Positions 19,801 to 30,500 are shown, counted from the first letter of the stretch. The stretch: DNA of 64,000 nucleotides from Candidatus Latescibacterota bacterium (GCA_965261395.1 OZ253462.1:3872001-3936000); one strand, 5' to 3'. Numbers and translations: made by a program. Notes: generated by a model not told the origin, from the letters alone.

Positions 19801-22029
19801 TCAGCGACACCGCGCTCCTGCCGACGCCACCAATTCGATCCGATATTGCGGATGGCGGTGCATCTCTAGGGCGGCGTGGGCGAAAAAGGGATACACACTC
19901 CACTCGACGCAGGCCAAGAGATCGGGCTTGCCGTCGCCATTGAGATCTCCGGCCCAGGCGTTGGGGCCGTGGATGGTACAGGCAATGGGAGTGCCGTAGC
20001 ACTTGAATTGCCGGGGGGCCGCAAAGACGGGCTCTTGCGGTGAGCCGACATTGTGCAAGAGGTAGATCTCGCCCGTGCCGGCGAGATTGTAAATGAGATC
20101 AATCAAGCCATCGCCGTCCCAGTCACAGGCGCGGAAGGATTCGGTCCAGTGTTTTTGTCGGCCGACAATGCTATCGTCAATGGGGCGGCCGTCCTCCAAT
20201 AGCACCGGGCCGGCCGCTCTGACCCGCGGCTGGCCATCGCCGTGCACGTACTGAATAAAGAGCGTGGCCTGACGCTGATAGTTGTGGGTGATAAAATCCA
20301 TTAGGCCGTCGCCGTTCCAGTCGGCAAAAGCAGCGCCCGTGCGCCAGAAGAAAGGCGAGCGGGGATCGGTCGGGTAGGGGTGATTGGGCAAGTTGGGGTC
20401 GGCGCTCAAAAGGCCCGATTCGGCTCGGGTCTGGGGCGAGTCGGCGAAGCCTTCCACTTCGATGAATTGGCGCGGTCCAAAATAAGGGACTTTGTCAGTA
20501 CCTATATTTCGATGCCAGATAATGCGGTTGGTCTCGTTGGGCAGCATCAGGTCGAGCAGGCCGTCGCCATCCCAATCGACCAGCACGGGATAGGGGTAGC
20601 CCATATTGTGCCAGTGATCACCGCCCAGCAAATCGCCGCGCAGTACCCGGATGGGGCCGTCGGCGGAGAGGATCAACTGCGGCTCGTCAAAGGCGGGACG
20701 CTGGTTATCGCCCCGGTTGTGGACTAGGCGCGGCCAGCCGTATCCGCCGCCAATGACCAAATCCCAAACGCCGTCATTGTCCCAGTCCGCAGCGCAGGGC
20801 CAGGCTTGGTCGCTCCAAGAGACCGGGGGCGATGGGGCTTGGAGGAGGCCGCGCCTCACTAGCTGGCCGGGACCGGTCAATTCATAAAAGACTAGATGCT
20901 GATAGGTGTTGCACTGCAACAGGAGGCCGGGGCACGGCTCCTGGCTGGCGGCCAGTTGGGCGCAGTCCGCGGCGTCGGGTACGTCGGGCAGGGCTTGGGG
21001 CGGACCGTACTGGATAGGATCGGCGCTGGTGAGACAACGCCAGCAGAGCGCGCACGGCTGGTCCGGGGGCGGATAGGAGGAAGCCCCTCCTTCTAGGCCA
21101 ATCAGTTCCAAACGGCCGTCGCCATCTAGGTCGAGAAAGGCGATGTGCGGGCCGCTGCCCAAGTCTTGGGGTGGGCCGGGCCGGAAGGGAGCGCCGGTTG
21201 CCGCGAGATTGGCAATGAGGTGGCCGTTGACCACCAAATCGACCGCGCCGTTGCCGGTTATATCTTGCAGAATCAAGTGCTCAATGGTAGCAAAAGGGGT
21301 CTCAATAGAGCCATAGGGGGCGAAGAGCGGTAGGTTGCCCTCGTCGCGCTGTCCAGTGTTGCGAAAGAAGGTGACCTGACTGCGGCTGCGGTCGGCAAAG
21401 GCCAAGTCGACCAGCCCGTCGCCATCTATATCGGCAAAGGCGACCCGCACGTACACACCGGGAAAGTGCTTTAATTCGCCGTCCTCGACATAGCGCAGGC
21501 GCGCCATATCGCCAAAGAGCAAGTCTTCCGCGGTGCCAATGCGCGGACAGCAGACCAAGCCGCTTATGGGCGCGCCGGGACGGTGGTAGTAATTCCAGCA
21601 GCCCGCTAGGTCGGCCCGACCGTCGCCGGTCAGGTCGATCAGATGCAGGGAATTGCTCAGGACCAAGGGGCGCGGGCTAGGGGCGTTGTAGCGCAGCAGG
21701 TCGCCGTTGCCCACCAAGGGGACATAGGACTGCGGCACTAGTGCCGGTCGGCAGTCGGCCGTGGCAAAGCGGATCTCGTATTCAATGTGGTCGGGCTCGT
21801 CTATGGTCCACTCAATGCGGCCCCGATCGCCGTAGGCCAGGTCCTCGCTGCGGGCAAAAGCGACGGGTGTGCCGCTGGCGAGATCGACTACGACAATGGA
21901 ATTGGGGTCGAGCACGCCTTGGGCCCCGGCCTGGGCAATGAGACGGCCAAAGTCGACGACGGGCGAAAAGGGAATGCGGCCCCAATCGCTGGGCAGGGGC
22001 GAAGTAACGGTGAGTCGGCAGCGGATCAC
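19801..22029 (-). CDS. FG-GAP/VCBS repeat beta-propeller protein
   Basis: Many D(W/L)DGDG.(L)DL repeats. Confidence 0.85.
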   Translation of the reverse strand: MIRCRLTVTSPLPSDWGRIPFSPVVDFGRLIAQAGAQGVLDPNSIVVVDLASGTPVAFARSEDLAYGDRGRIEWTIDEPDHIEYEIRFATADCRPALVPQSYVPLVGNGDLLRYNAPSPRPLVLSNSLHLIDLTGDGRADLAGCWNYYHRPGAPISGLVCCPRIGTAEDLLFGDMARLRYVEDGELKHFPGVYVRVAFADIDGDGLVDLAFADRSRSQVTFFRNTGQRDEGNLPLFAPYGSIETPFATIEHLILQDITGNGAVDLVVNGHLIANLAATGAPFRPGPPQDLGSGPHIAFLDLDGDGRLELIGLEGGASSYPPPDQPCALCWRCLTSADPIQYGPPQALPDVPDAADCAQLAASQEPCPGLLLQCNTYQHLVFYELTGPGQLVRRGLLQAPSPPVSWSDQAWPCAADWDNDGVWDLVIGGGYGWPRLVHNRGDNQRPAFDEPQLILSADGPIRVLRGDLLGGDHWHNMGYPYPVLVDWDGDGLLDLMLPNETNRIIWHRNIGTDKVPYFGPRQFIEVEGFADSPQTRAESGLLSADPNLPNHPYPTDPRSPFFWRTGAAFADWNGDGLMDFITHNYQRQATLFIQYVHGDGQPRVRAAGPVLLEDGRPIDDSIVGRQKHWTESFRACDWDGDGLIDLIYNLAGTGEIYLLHNVGSPQEPVFAAPRQFKCYGTPIACTIHGPNAWAGDLNGDGKPDLLACVEWSVYPFFAHAALEMHRHPQYRIELVASAGARCR

Positions 22030-22043
22030 GGCTAGCTAGACTC

Positions 22044-23369
22044 TCACCTTTGCAGGGCCTGCCCTATAGCGCGCTGCACCGCGGCCACGTACTGATCCGT
22101 GGTACAGCCCCGCACGCGGGTCTCAAAGCCGTGGGTGCCAAAACCGGGGACAATCTCTTCGCGGATGCGCTTCTCTGGGTCGTTGAAGTAATAGGGCTGG
22201 GTGCGGCGCATGAACTCGGGCAGGTCCGCCCCCTCGGTGCGATACAGAGCGGGATTGGCCAAAATGACCTGGGGCTCGTCGCCGGGTGTGGCCGGCCGCC
22301 GGGGGACGGCCAGATCGCCCATGAGCACTTCCTCTTTCAGCTCGGGGGTCCAGTGACTGATGGCGTAGGTCGGACCGGGTTCTATCCACGGGCCAATGCG
22401 CCGCCGCACGACGACAAACTCGTACCACTTTTCCAACTCGTCCAGCAAGTGGGGCGGCAGGCCGCTCTTATCCTGGTACTGGCTGGGGTCGCCCTGGGCG
22501 CGGAGGTGGTTGAAGACCATGAACCAATTGACCAGGTCTCGGATGCCGCGGGGGACTTTGGTATAGCGCTCAGTGCCCCGGGGACTGCACACGTCCACCA
22601 GCACCACGTGGGGCATGTGGGTGCTCAAGTGGCGCATGAACTCGGGAGCAAAGCCATTGCGCTGAAAGCGCTCGGTATAGTGGGGCACGGTCAGGCGCAT
22701 GGAGAGGTGCGAGGGGGTGCGCTCGTAGCGCACGGCAAAGTCGCCGGCCAAATGCGGCTCCAGGGGCTCGACGACAAAGTGGCGGCCGTAGCGTTCGTTG
22801 CCGACCACGACTATAGACCTTTGGGTGTAGGCGCGGAAATGGCGCAGGAAATCGAGCAGGCCGCGCGCCTCCCAGGCCGCCCGCTGGGCTTCAAGGCGGT
22901 CCTGGTCGGTCAGGATGCAATCCTCCTCCTGCTGGGGCGGGAGGGTCTCTAGGGCATCAAAGGCGCAACGCCGTCCGTCCTCGTCTTGGGGCCAGGTCGG
23001 CTGGCGTTTTGCCTCGGACGCGTAGCGCCGGTACTCCAGTTCCCGCTGCAAAAGGTCGCTCGGGTCGAATTGGCCCAGACTGGTCGCCCGGCGGCGCTGG
23101 TCCAAATCGGCGATGCGAGCTTGGATATCGCCGCTGGACAGGTGGTCCACTAGGGCCGGGGTCAAGGTCACGCCGTCGTGGTTCTGGGTGTTTATTCCGG
23201 CCATCCAGGCGGCCAGGGTTTCGAGGCGTTCTAGGGCTTGGGCACCGGTGCGGCCGGCGAAAAAAGGGGTCAAGTCCTGGGTGGGCAGTCCCAGGACTTG
23301 GGCTGTGGCTGGAGGGATGGGCCTCGTTTTCGGGTGGGACAAAGCGACTAGCTCCTGTGGCCTAGACAC
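22044..23369 (-). CDS. Hypothetical protein (true start may be ATG 23415 across a G6 frameshift)
   Basis: 441-aa ORF with host-like codon usage; no motif recognised. Confidence 0.7.
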   Translation of the reverse strand: MSRPQELVALSHPKTRPIPPATAQVLGLPTQDLTPFFAGRTGAQALERLETLAAWMAGINTQNHDGVTLTPALVDHLSSGDIQARIADLDQRRRATSLGQFDPSDLLQRELEYRRYASEAKRQPTWPQDEDGRRCAFDALETLPPQQEEDCILTDQDRLEAQRAAWEARGLLDFLRHFRAYTQRSIVVVGNERYGRHFVVEPLEPHLAGDFAVRYERTPSHLSMRLTVPHYTERFQRNGFAPEFMRHLSTHMPHVVLVDVCSPRGTERYTKVPRGIRDLVNWFMVFNHLRAQGDPSQYQDKSGLPPHLLDELEKWYEFVVVRRRIGPWIEPGPTYAISHWTPELKEEVLMGDLAVPRRPATPGDEPQVILANPALYRTEGADLPEFMRRTQPYYFNDPEKRIREEIVPGFGTHGFETRVRGCTTDQYVAAVQRAIGQALQR

Positions 23370-23438
23370 TGGGGGGTGGTGCAGCTACGGGATTCCCGTA
23401 CGTTAGCTCTATCATATCTGCCCGGAGAGCGACGCGCC

Positions 23439-23522
23439 ATGAGCGAAGGAAATATCGCGAAATTCAAGCTGGATAAAAAGAATCCACCGCGTCTGAGCAA
23501 GACCCTCAAGAAAGCGAAATAG
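23439..23522 (+). CDS. 27-aa small ORF or truncated antitoxin-like stub
   Basis: ggagag RBS; MSEGNIAKFKLDKKNPPRLSKTLKKAK*; stop overlaps the RBS of the next gene. Confidence 0.4.
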   Translation: MSEGNIAKFKLDKKNPPRLSKTLKKAK

Positions 23523-23531
23523 GAGTGCGTC

Positions 23532-23867
23532 GTGATCTATAAAGTCGAGAAGGACCAGAGAAATTTAGCCGCTTTTGACGTGCCCGGTGCCACGGTGCAG
23601 GTTTCCGATCCCATTATTGGCGTCGGTGACAAACTGTCGGCCGGTTTTACCGAGTATCTAGAGGCCAGCCGGTTGACGTGGACCTTTGATTACGACGAGG
23701 TCTTTTTCATGTTGGAGGGGCACTTGGAGATCCAAGTCGCAGGTCAGGAGCCGGTGCAATACAAGGCAGGTGACTTGGGTTATATTGAGAAGGGTACGCA
23801 GACGATCATCACCGTGCCGGAACGGGCCTATTTGCTGCATGTCACCCACCCAGCGTGGCGGTCCTAG
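23532..23867 (+). CDS. EutQ-like cupin
   Basis: LSAGF.E..WTFDYDE...LEG.L..GD..YI.KG. Confidence 0.8.
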   Translation: MIYKVEKDQRNLAAFDVPGATVQVSDPIIGVGDKLSAGFTEYLEASRLTWTFDYDEVFFMLEGHLEIQVAGQEPVQYKAGDLGYIEKGTQTIITVPERAYLLHVTHPAWRS

Positions 23868-23936
23868 GTGAAGGTGGCCCACCAAGGCCGGAGTCAAGGT
23901 CACGTAGTTTTCGAGCCTAGGAGGGCAAGAGAGCGA

Positions 23937-24728
23937 ATGGAAACGACACTGCGCCAAGCATACGACGAGCAGGGCTTTTGCATTGCCCGCAAGGCCATTG
24001 ACGCGGGGCTGGCGGCCGAGACAGTGGAGCACGTACACTGGTTGGTCAAAAAGCATCCGGGCACGCGGCCCGAGCGCTTGCACCACGAACTGATGGTACA
24101 CGATCCCTTTATGCACCGCTTAGTCACCGACGACCGGCTGGTCGATATTGCGGCGCAATTCCTCGGGCCTAATGTGGCCATGTTCGCGGCGCACTATATC
24201 GCCAAAAAACCCAGCACTGGCCAAGCAGTACAGTGGCATCAGGACGGTTCGTACTGGCCCTTGGAGCCGATGGAGGTCACCACGTTGTGGGTGGCCGGCA
24301 CGGACTCGACGGTGGCCAATGGCTGTATGCGGGTTTTGCCGGGAACGCACACCAAGCAATTGCTCAAGCGCAGCGAGATGGTCGATCTCGATACGGACAA
24401 ATACGTCCTCGGTGTCGGGATTCATCCCGACCATATTGACGATGCCGATGCCGTCAATCTGGAGCTGGAGGCGGGGGATATTTCCATCCACCACCCCAGT
24501 ATCATCCACGGGTCCAACGCCAATACTTCGGACCAATGGCGGGTTGGGCTTACCCTGCGCTACATTCCGACCAGCACCAAGGTCACCGTGGATCGCAGCC
24601 CGTGCATTATGTGTCGGGGCGAGGTGGTGCCCGCAGTGGGGAACAAGTACGCGCCGCGGCCGCAGTACGTCGAGGGGGAGCACATGCCCTTTGCCGGGTG
24701 CGAGATTTGGAGTTTGCAGACGGCTTAA
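23937..24728 (+). CDS. Phytanoyl-CoA dioxygenase (PhyH) family protein
   Basis: WHQD, NGCM.VLPGTH, HGS..N.S...R; RBS aggagg before ATG 23937. Confidence 0.9.
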   Translation: METTLRQAYDEQGFCIARKAIDAGLAAETVEHVHWLVKKHPGTRPERLHHELMVHDPFMHRLVTDDRLVDIAAQFLGPNVAMFAAHYIAKKPSTGQAVQWHQDGSYWPLEPMEVTTLWVAGTDSTVANGCMRVLPGTHTKQLLKRSEMVDLDTDKYVLGVGIHPDHIDDADAVNLELEAGDISIHHPSIIHGSNANTSDQWRVGLTLRYIPTSTKVTVDRSPCIMCRGEVVPAVGNKYAPRPQYVEGEHMPFAGCEIWSLQTA

Positions 24729-24796
24729 CAGGCGTTACTCAGGGCCGTACTGACCCATGTACCCGGTCCGCTCCCCCAGAATCGCCTTTGAGAGAT

Positions 24797-25660
24797 TTAC
24801 TTGCCAAGCACGACGTTGCCGTCTGCGTCCACCTGCAAATGCAGCCCCTTGGCTATACTGGAACAGGGGCCGTACATGACGGCGCGTTGCTCGGGTGTCA
24901 TACCCTCTACGATAGCCTCGTCCCAATAAACTTCGGGCGCTGCCAACTCGATGGAGACGCCAGAGCGGGTGGTGGTGCGGCTCGCGTACTTGTAGAGTGC
25001 CGAGCGGCGTGGCGCATCGCCTTTCCAGGGCAGGGTGCCGTGGGTTTGGGCTCCGTCCATAAAGAAAATGACATCGCCGGCCTTGAGTGCGGGCTGGTGG
25101 ACCACGTCCAGCGGCTCGTCGCAGGAGCGCACGCCGGCGGGCATGGGGAATTTGGCTTTGTGGCTGCCTGGCACACAGGCGAAGCCGCCATCGCCGGCCT
25201 TGCAGTCGGCCAACTGATAGGTCACGGTGACGCCAGCGCAGTAGAACTGGCCGTTCTGGTGATGGTAGGCCACATAGGGTCTGTGGGGTTCGCCCGCGCC
25301 GTGTAGGATGAGGCCCTCGGTTCCCTTGGGACTGTAGGAGACCCAGGGGCCGTGGTCGTGGCGGAATCCCTTGCCGCACATCGCGTTGAGGCGGGAGACA
25401 ACTTGGGGATGCACCAGCAGGCGGCGGAAGGGTTCGCAATGGGGGTGGGGCAATTCGAGCAGGTTCGGGAGGGTCTGTTGGCCAGTGCCTTGGAGCACGT
25501 TCGACTCGCCTCGGGCACCGCCATTGTCGGGGGATTGCTGCATCCGCTCCATGCAGTGGTCGATGGCGGCGTTGCATTCGCTTAATTCCTCGGCGGTGAG
25601 GACATTGCGGACGACCAGATAGCCGGTGAGATCCCAGAAGTAGCGTTCGCGCGCATCCAT
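24797..25660 (-). CDS. PhyH-family dioxygenase (tandem paralog 2)
   Basis: GYLVVRNVL, GDGGF..VPGSHK, THGTLPW; ATG 25660 lies 1 nt after the upstream stop. Confidence 0.88.
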   Translation of the reverse strand: MDARERYFWDLTGYLVVRNVLTAEELSECNAAIDHCMERMQQSPDNGGARGESNVLQGTGQQTLPNLLELPHPHCEPFRRLLVHPQVVSRLNAMCGKGFRHDHGPWVSYSPKGTEGLILHGAGEPHRPYVAYHHQNGQFYCAGVTVTYQLADCKAGDGGFACVPGSHKAKFPMPAGVRSCDEPLDVVHQPALKAGDVIFFMDGAQTHGTLPWKGDAPRRSALYKYASRTTTRSGVSIELAAPEVYWDEAIVEGMTPEQRAVMYGPCSSIAKGLHLQVDADGNVVLGK

Positions 25661-25661
25661 T

Positions 25662-26531
25662 TTAGCTCTCCGCAATCCAGGTTTTTTGGCCGTCGGATTC
25701 CAGCAGGGGCAGTTCCTTGTGGTGGACACCCGGCCCGTAGAGGACGGCTTGCTGTTCGGGCGTGAGTTCGTCGATCCAGGCACCGTAGCGCGCCTGGGGA
25801 GTGAAGTATTTGCCCGTAGCTCGGGCCGCGCCCCGGGAAGCGTATTTGTAGAGCACGGAGCGCCGCAGATTTTTGCCCTTCCAAGGCAGAGTGCCGTGAG
25901 TGGCGGTCTCGGCAAAGAAGAGGACGTCGCCGGTGCGCAGGGCGGGTTGGACGACTAATTCCCCATACTCTGCGAGCGAGCGGATCTCGGGCGGGGTTGG
26001 CTCGCAGGTTTTGTGGCTCCCGGGGATTACGGCAAAGCCGCCGTCTCCGGGGTTGCAGTCGGTTAGTTGCCAAGCCACGGTGATGCCCCGGCAGTAGATT
26101 TTGCCGTTTTGCTGGTGATACCAAGTGGCGGGGCTAAAAGGCTCGCCCGAGCCGTGCAGGTAGTGCCCCTCGGTTCCCTCGGTGGCGCTGATGAGCAGGG
26201 GGCCGTGATCGAGGCGAAAGCCCGGACCGCTGAATTCGTTGAGGCGCGAGACGACAGTGGGATGGACCAGCAGGCGGCGAAAGGGTTCGCGGTAGGGGGG
26301 CGGCCAACCGAGCATGCCGGTGAGCTGTTGGCGGCTAGTTGTGCCTTGCAGCGCGCTTGAGTCGCGGGCGAGGGTGCCGGGGTAGGCGGCGATTTGGTCG
26401 GCGAAGTGGTCGATGGCGGCGTTGCATTCGCCTACTTCCTCTGGAGTGAGGGCGTTGCGAACCACTAGGTAGCCGCGCAAATCGAAGTAGTATTTTTCTT
26501 CTTCTGAGACCGTGTAGAGGTATTTGTCCAC
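25662..26531 (-). CDS. PhyH-family dioxygenase (tandem paralog 1)
   Basis: Same motifs; shares nucleotide blocks with the adjacent paralog (e.g. cgatggcggcgttgcattcgc). Confidence 0.88.
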   Translation of the reverse strand: MDKYLYTVSEEEKYYFDLRGYLVVRNALTPEEVGECNAAIDHFADQIAAYPGTLARDSSALQGTTSRQQLTGMLGWPPPYREPFRRLLVHPTVVSRLNEFSGPGFRLDHGPLLISATEGTEGHYLHGSGEPFSPATWYHQQNGKIYCRGITVAWQLTDCNPGDGGFAVIPGSHKTCEPTPPEIRSLAEYGELVVQPALRTGDVLFFAETATHGTLPWKGKNLRRSVLYKYASRGAARATGKYFTPQARYGAWIDELTPEQQAVLYGPGVHHKELPLLESDGQKTWIAES

Positions 26532-26599
26532 GGCTGTGCTCCTTTGGTTTGTCCGAGCTTGGCCAAAGGATGAGTAGTTTTCTCGTCGTTCGGCCGTTT

Positions 26600-26944
26600 T
26601 TAGAGATATCGGATCTGATTTTTCATTTCATCTGCTGTAACCCGATTTAAAATATTCAAGAGCCTTTGCACCATTTCGTACGATGAACGACGGACAGCGA
26701 TAATTATCCCCCAATGCGTTTTATTTTGTTCAAAATATAACTTGGCGAGCGACTCAAAGTGAACGCGATTATGAGTTAGCAATGTCTTCTGCTGCATGGC
26801 TGCGTAAGCTAATTGATCTGCATCACTATTCTGAATTTGGTCTGCATCTCTCGTTGTCAGTGCAGAAAAACCATACGCTTTGAGTAAATCTGCAATCAAG
26901 ACATCAACATCTTCATCGAGATAGAGTTCGACAAATAAACTCAT
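26600..26944 (-). CDS. DUF5615-family PIN-like toxin
   Basis: LYLDEDV, SD.DQL.YA, LLTHN..F, H.GII; AT-rich; ATGA overlap with the upstream gene. Confidence 0.85.
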   Translation of the reverse strand: MSLFVELYLDEDVDVLIADLLKAYGFSALTTRDADQIQNSDADQLAYAAMQQKTLLTHNRVHFESLAKLYFEQNKTHWGIIIAVRRSSYEMVQRLLNILNRVTADEMKNQIRYL

Positions 26945-27225
26945 TGAGTTGGCTGTACAAGTGGGTCAATCAATCTGTGGGGAATGCGATTTTCTTCAAT
27001 GTATTTATGAATTTCCTCTTGGTGGTCGCTGTAGTAACTCAGGGCATCAAAAACCTGTCCCAAAGACAAATGCGGAAGATGGTTTGGAATGTCTTCAGGG
27101 TGTGTACCCAAACGCCAGATTTCGACAATCGCACGAACCGGCGTACGCGTATCTTTGACGATAGGCTCTCCACCTAGAATCTGCTCATCTGTCACGATGT
27201 AGGGATGTTCTGTTGTTTGGGCCAT
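26941..27225 (-). CDS. DUF433-family antitoxin
   Basis: I..D.QILGGEP.VK.TR.PV..I..L....V.DALSYY. Confidence 0.88.
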   Translation of the reverse strand: MAQTTEHPYIVTDEQILGGEPIVKDTRTPVRAIVEIWRLGTHPEDIPNHLPHLSLGQVFDALSYYSDHQEEIHKYIEENRIPHRLIDPLVQPTQ

Positions 27226-27445
27226 GAAACACCTTTTTGTTTTTGGGTTCAAGAATCACGTACATCCCGTGAGCGTTAGCAATCCCACCACCTGCCAGTT
27301 CGTCCCCCGACGGGCGGCGCGGGCGGCTCCATCAGAAAACATAAGGGAGGGGTAAAGGCGTTGGCAATAGAGCATTTAGCGCTGTACGTAAGCCGCCGTT
27401 GGTCGGGGCCGCGATGGTGTTCTCAAGCATGAGCGTGATGATGAG

Positions 27446-27564
27446 TCGCGCCAAGAGGCCGAGTCCTGGTGCCAACCCTGCGCCGTGCTACCGGTGCCCA
27501 ACTCGCCCAAAAGCTGCCGCCGCACTAGGTCGCATCCTGCCAAGACGTCCGGGGCTTGGTGCTC
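27446..27564 (-). repeat. Chimeric duplicate of two PhyH gene segments (44568-44608 and 46307-46389)
   Basis: 41 nt with 2 mismatches plus 83 nt with 6 mismatches, joined through a shared gccgt microhomology. Confidence 0.9.
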
Positions 27565-30500
27565 AGGCTGGGGCCTCGGCCCGCACCAGCAGCTTGGCGA
27601 AGTCGTAGTTGACGCTGGTGACGCCAAAGTCGGGTTCGCGTTGGAAGGGTTGGCGCAGATAGCTAACGCGGTGCCTAGCGTTGTCCAAAAACTCGACTAT
27701 GGCGAGAATGAAGTCGTCGGGTTTATTGAGGCTGTAGAGAATTTCGTTTTTGGTCACCGTGATGGTCGCGGCCCCACTTGCGCGGCCCTTGACCTCAATG
27801 AAGCGCAGCCGCCCCGTGCCGTGCATCCGCGACTCGATATCGTAGCCGAGTTTGTCAAACTCCCGGTCCGTCGGCTCATAGCCGAGGCCGCGTTCTACTT
27901 CCATGACAATAGCCCGCGCCCGGGCGGCAACTTTCTGCGTATCCACAGGCGACCGACGCCCCGCCATAGCGTCCGCCAGTCCCTGCGGCACCACCAGCAA
28001 GCCCCCGAGTACCACCGGCGGTAACGGCGAGAGTTGTGCTTCGAGTTTCAATTCCTGTAGCCTCTTGTTCAGCCGAGCCTGCAACGTATCGGCCCGTTTG
28101 CGGGCTTCGTCCGAGTTGAGGCGAGCACCGCTCGCGCCAGCCTTCTCCTGTAGCTTGAGCTGTTCGGCACGGTGATCCCAGTAGGAGATTTCCTTGGTCA
28201 GACGGTCCTTGACCGCGGCCTCGGTCTTGGCGATCAACGCCAGCTTGGGATCGCGGACTTGGGCTAGATGCTCGGGGACGACGTGAGCCACTGCATAGGC
28301 TTGTGCCTTCTGCTCCATTTCTCGGTTGATCCACGCGCATTCCGGCCGCTCCAAGATGGCCTCAACGCTAGGCTCGTCTTGGGCTAGCGGCCGATAGTCC
28401 AAGTAGGGGGCGTAGTGCAGGTGGCGGGCGTTGCCAGCGGCGTCGATTTCGACGTAGAGCATCTGCTTGGAGACAATCCGGCGGTCACCAGCCTGCGTCC
28501 AGCCCGCGTCTTGAATGGCGTGTTCGAGGTAGAAAAGGACTCGCGGTGTCTGCCCTGGATCGCGCTCGTCAATGAGCACTGCTCCGCGCTTGAGCAGATC
28601 GCGGTGCTCCTTCAGCGTCAGGTCGAGAACGGCGTCCAGTAAGGGGTGTCCCGGGCAAACAAAGGCTGCCGTTGGTTGGCCGGGGGGAGTAACCAGCGAC
28701 TTGTCGAAGGCGATCCGTTCGTAGCGGGGCAGCACCGGCCCACTCTGGTTGCGGATCGGTGCGGGGACATGCGTCACTTCGTAGCGGCGCGGCTCACGCT
28801 GCCGGGCCGAGCCACCGATCCGCTGGAACGCCTCTAGAAAAAACGCCTCAATGTAATGTGGTTGTAGGCGGCGCGCCTCGGCCCGCTCCATCTCTTCGCG
28901 AACCCTCTGCAAGCGGCTGGCGTCCATCGCGTCATGGACGAGTTGCCGCTCCTCCAACAGGTCCTGCAGCACGCTCTGGTCGAGCGCCTGATCAACCGCA
29001 GTGTCGAGGCGTGCGCGAACTTCTGGCTGCTCGCCGTAGCGGATGGCTTCGAGCAGGAGGTCGCGCAACGGCCGTCCCTCGAATTCGAGCGTGCCGAGCA
29101 CGTCAAATACCTGACCACCTAGGGCCTGCCGTGCCTGTTCTAGTTTGGTCAGCAGTCGCTGGTACACATCGCCCTCGCGGGTTTGGTCCGCGACCAGATT
29201 CCACAGGTGGCACACCTCCGTCTGGCCGATTCGGTGAATGCGGCCGAAGCGTTGCTCTAGGCGGTTTGGGTTCCAGGGGAGGTCGTAGTTGACCATCAGG
29301 TGCGCCCGCTGGAGGTTGATCCCTTCGCCAGCGGCATCGGTGGCCAGCAGCACCTGTACCGCTGGGTCGTGGCGGAAGGCTTCCTGCGCTTGGTGGCGAT
29401 GCTCGCGGGCTATGCCCCCGTGAATGACGACTACCGACTCCGCACGTCCAAGCAACGTGGTGATGCGGTCTTGCAGATAGCGAAGCGTGTCTCGGTGCTC
29501 GGTGAAGAGTACCAGCTTCTGCGCAGGGGAGGACACTGGACGCGGGATCTCGCCACCGCTGTAGGGAGCTGTCGGTTCTCCGATTCGGCCCGCTATACCA
29601 GACGTCGTAAAGACCTCGCTGAGCAGGCTTGCAAGCTCCCGCCACTTCGCGTCTCCACCGCGGCGACGGACGTCAAGCGCACGACTTTCCAGCATCTTCA
29701 GAGTGTCGATTTCCGCCTTCAACTCGGTGATGGAGCGGGCGGCGGTCGCCTGGTCGAGGATGCGCGTTTCGGCGGCCTCGGCCTCATGCCCTGGTGCGTC
29801 GTCGAGATCCTCGATGTCTTCGGCATCGAGTTCCGGGGCTGTGGCCCAGCCGGGGCGTCGGGATTCCTCCGACTCGCACAGGCGGCCCTCCAAACGCTCG
29901 CGTCGTCGGCGCAGCGACTGGTAGATCGCCTCGGGAGACGAAGCGAGCCGCCGTTGGAGGATCGTCAGGGCGAAGCCGACCGTACCGGCCCGCTTGGCGT
30001 TGGCGAGTGCGTCCGCCCGATTGAACTCCTCCCGCACATAGTCGGTGACCGCCTCGTAGAGCTGGGCTTCCGCCTCTGAGAGCTGGTACGGCACGGTGTA
30101 GGCAATGCGTTCGGGGAACAGCGGCTTGCCGTCGAACTTGAGCAGCCGCTCCTTGACCATGCGCCGCATCAAGTCCGAGACATCAGCCACATGGACGCCA
30201 TCGCGGAAGCGGCCTTCAAAGCGGTCGCTGTCGAGCAGTGCCATGAAGAGTTGGAAGTCCTCTTCCTTGCCGTTGTGCGGCGTCGCCGTCATCAGCAAGA
30301 AGTGGCGCGTCCGTGTCGATAATAACTGTCCCAGTCGATAGCGCTTCGTGTAGTGGATCTCGCCCCCGAAGAAACTGGCCGACATCTTGTGCGCCTCGTC
30401 GCATACTACTAGATCCCAGCCCGTGTCCGGTGCCTGGAGCTTCTGCTGGACCTGTTCGTCGCGCGCTAGCTTGTCGAGGCGTGCGATGACGAGGTTGGCC

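Noticed and set aside
22050-22952. Long antisense or alternative-frame ORFs (e.g. 22050-22952, 29300-30079, 47936-49021, 60999-61898)
   Set aside because: Shadows of real genes in GC-rich DNA; no motifs recognised
25661-25915. Extended N-termini in the ORF track (24797-25915; likewise 41992-42675, 47950-49527, 56419-57447)
   Set aside because: They overlap upstream genes; downstream ATGs fit family starts and coupling better
27446-27564. Diversity-generating retroelement template/variable repeat pair
   Set aside because: Mismatches are not adenine-specific and there is no reverse transcriptase in the window
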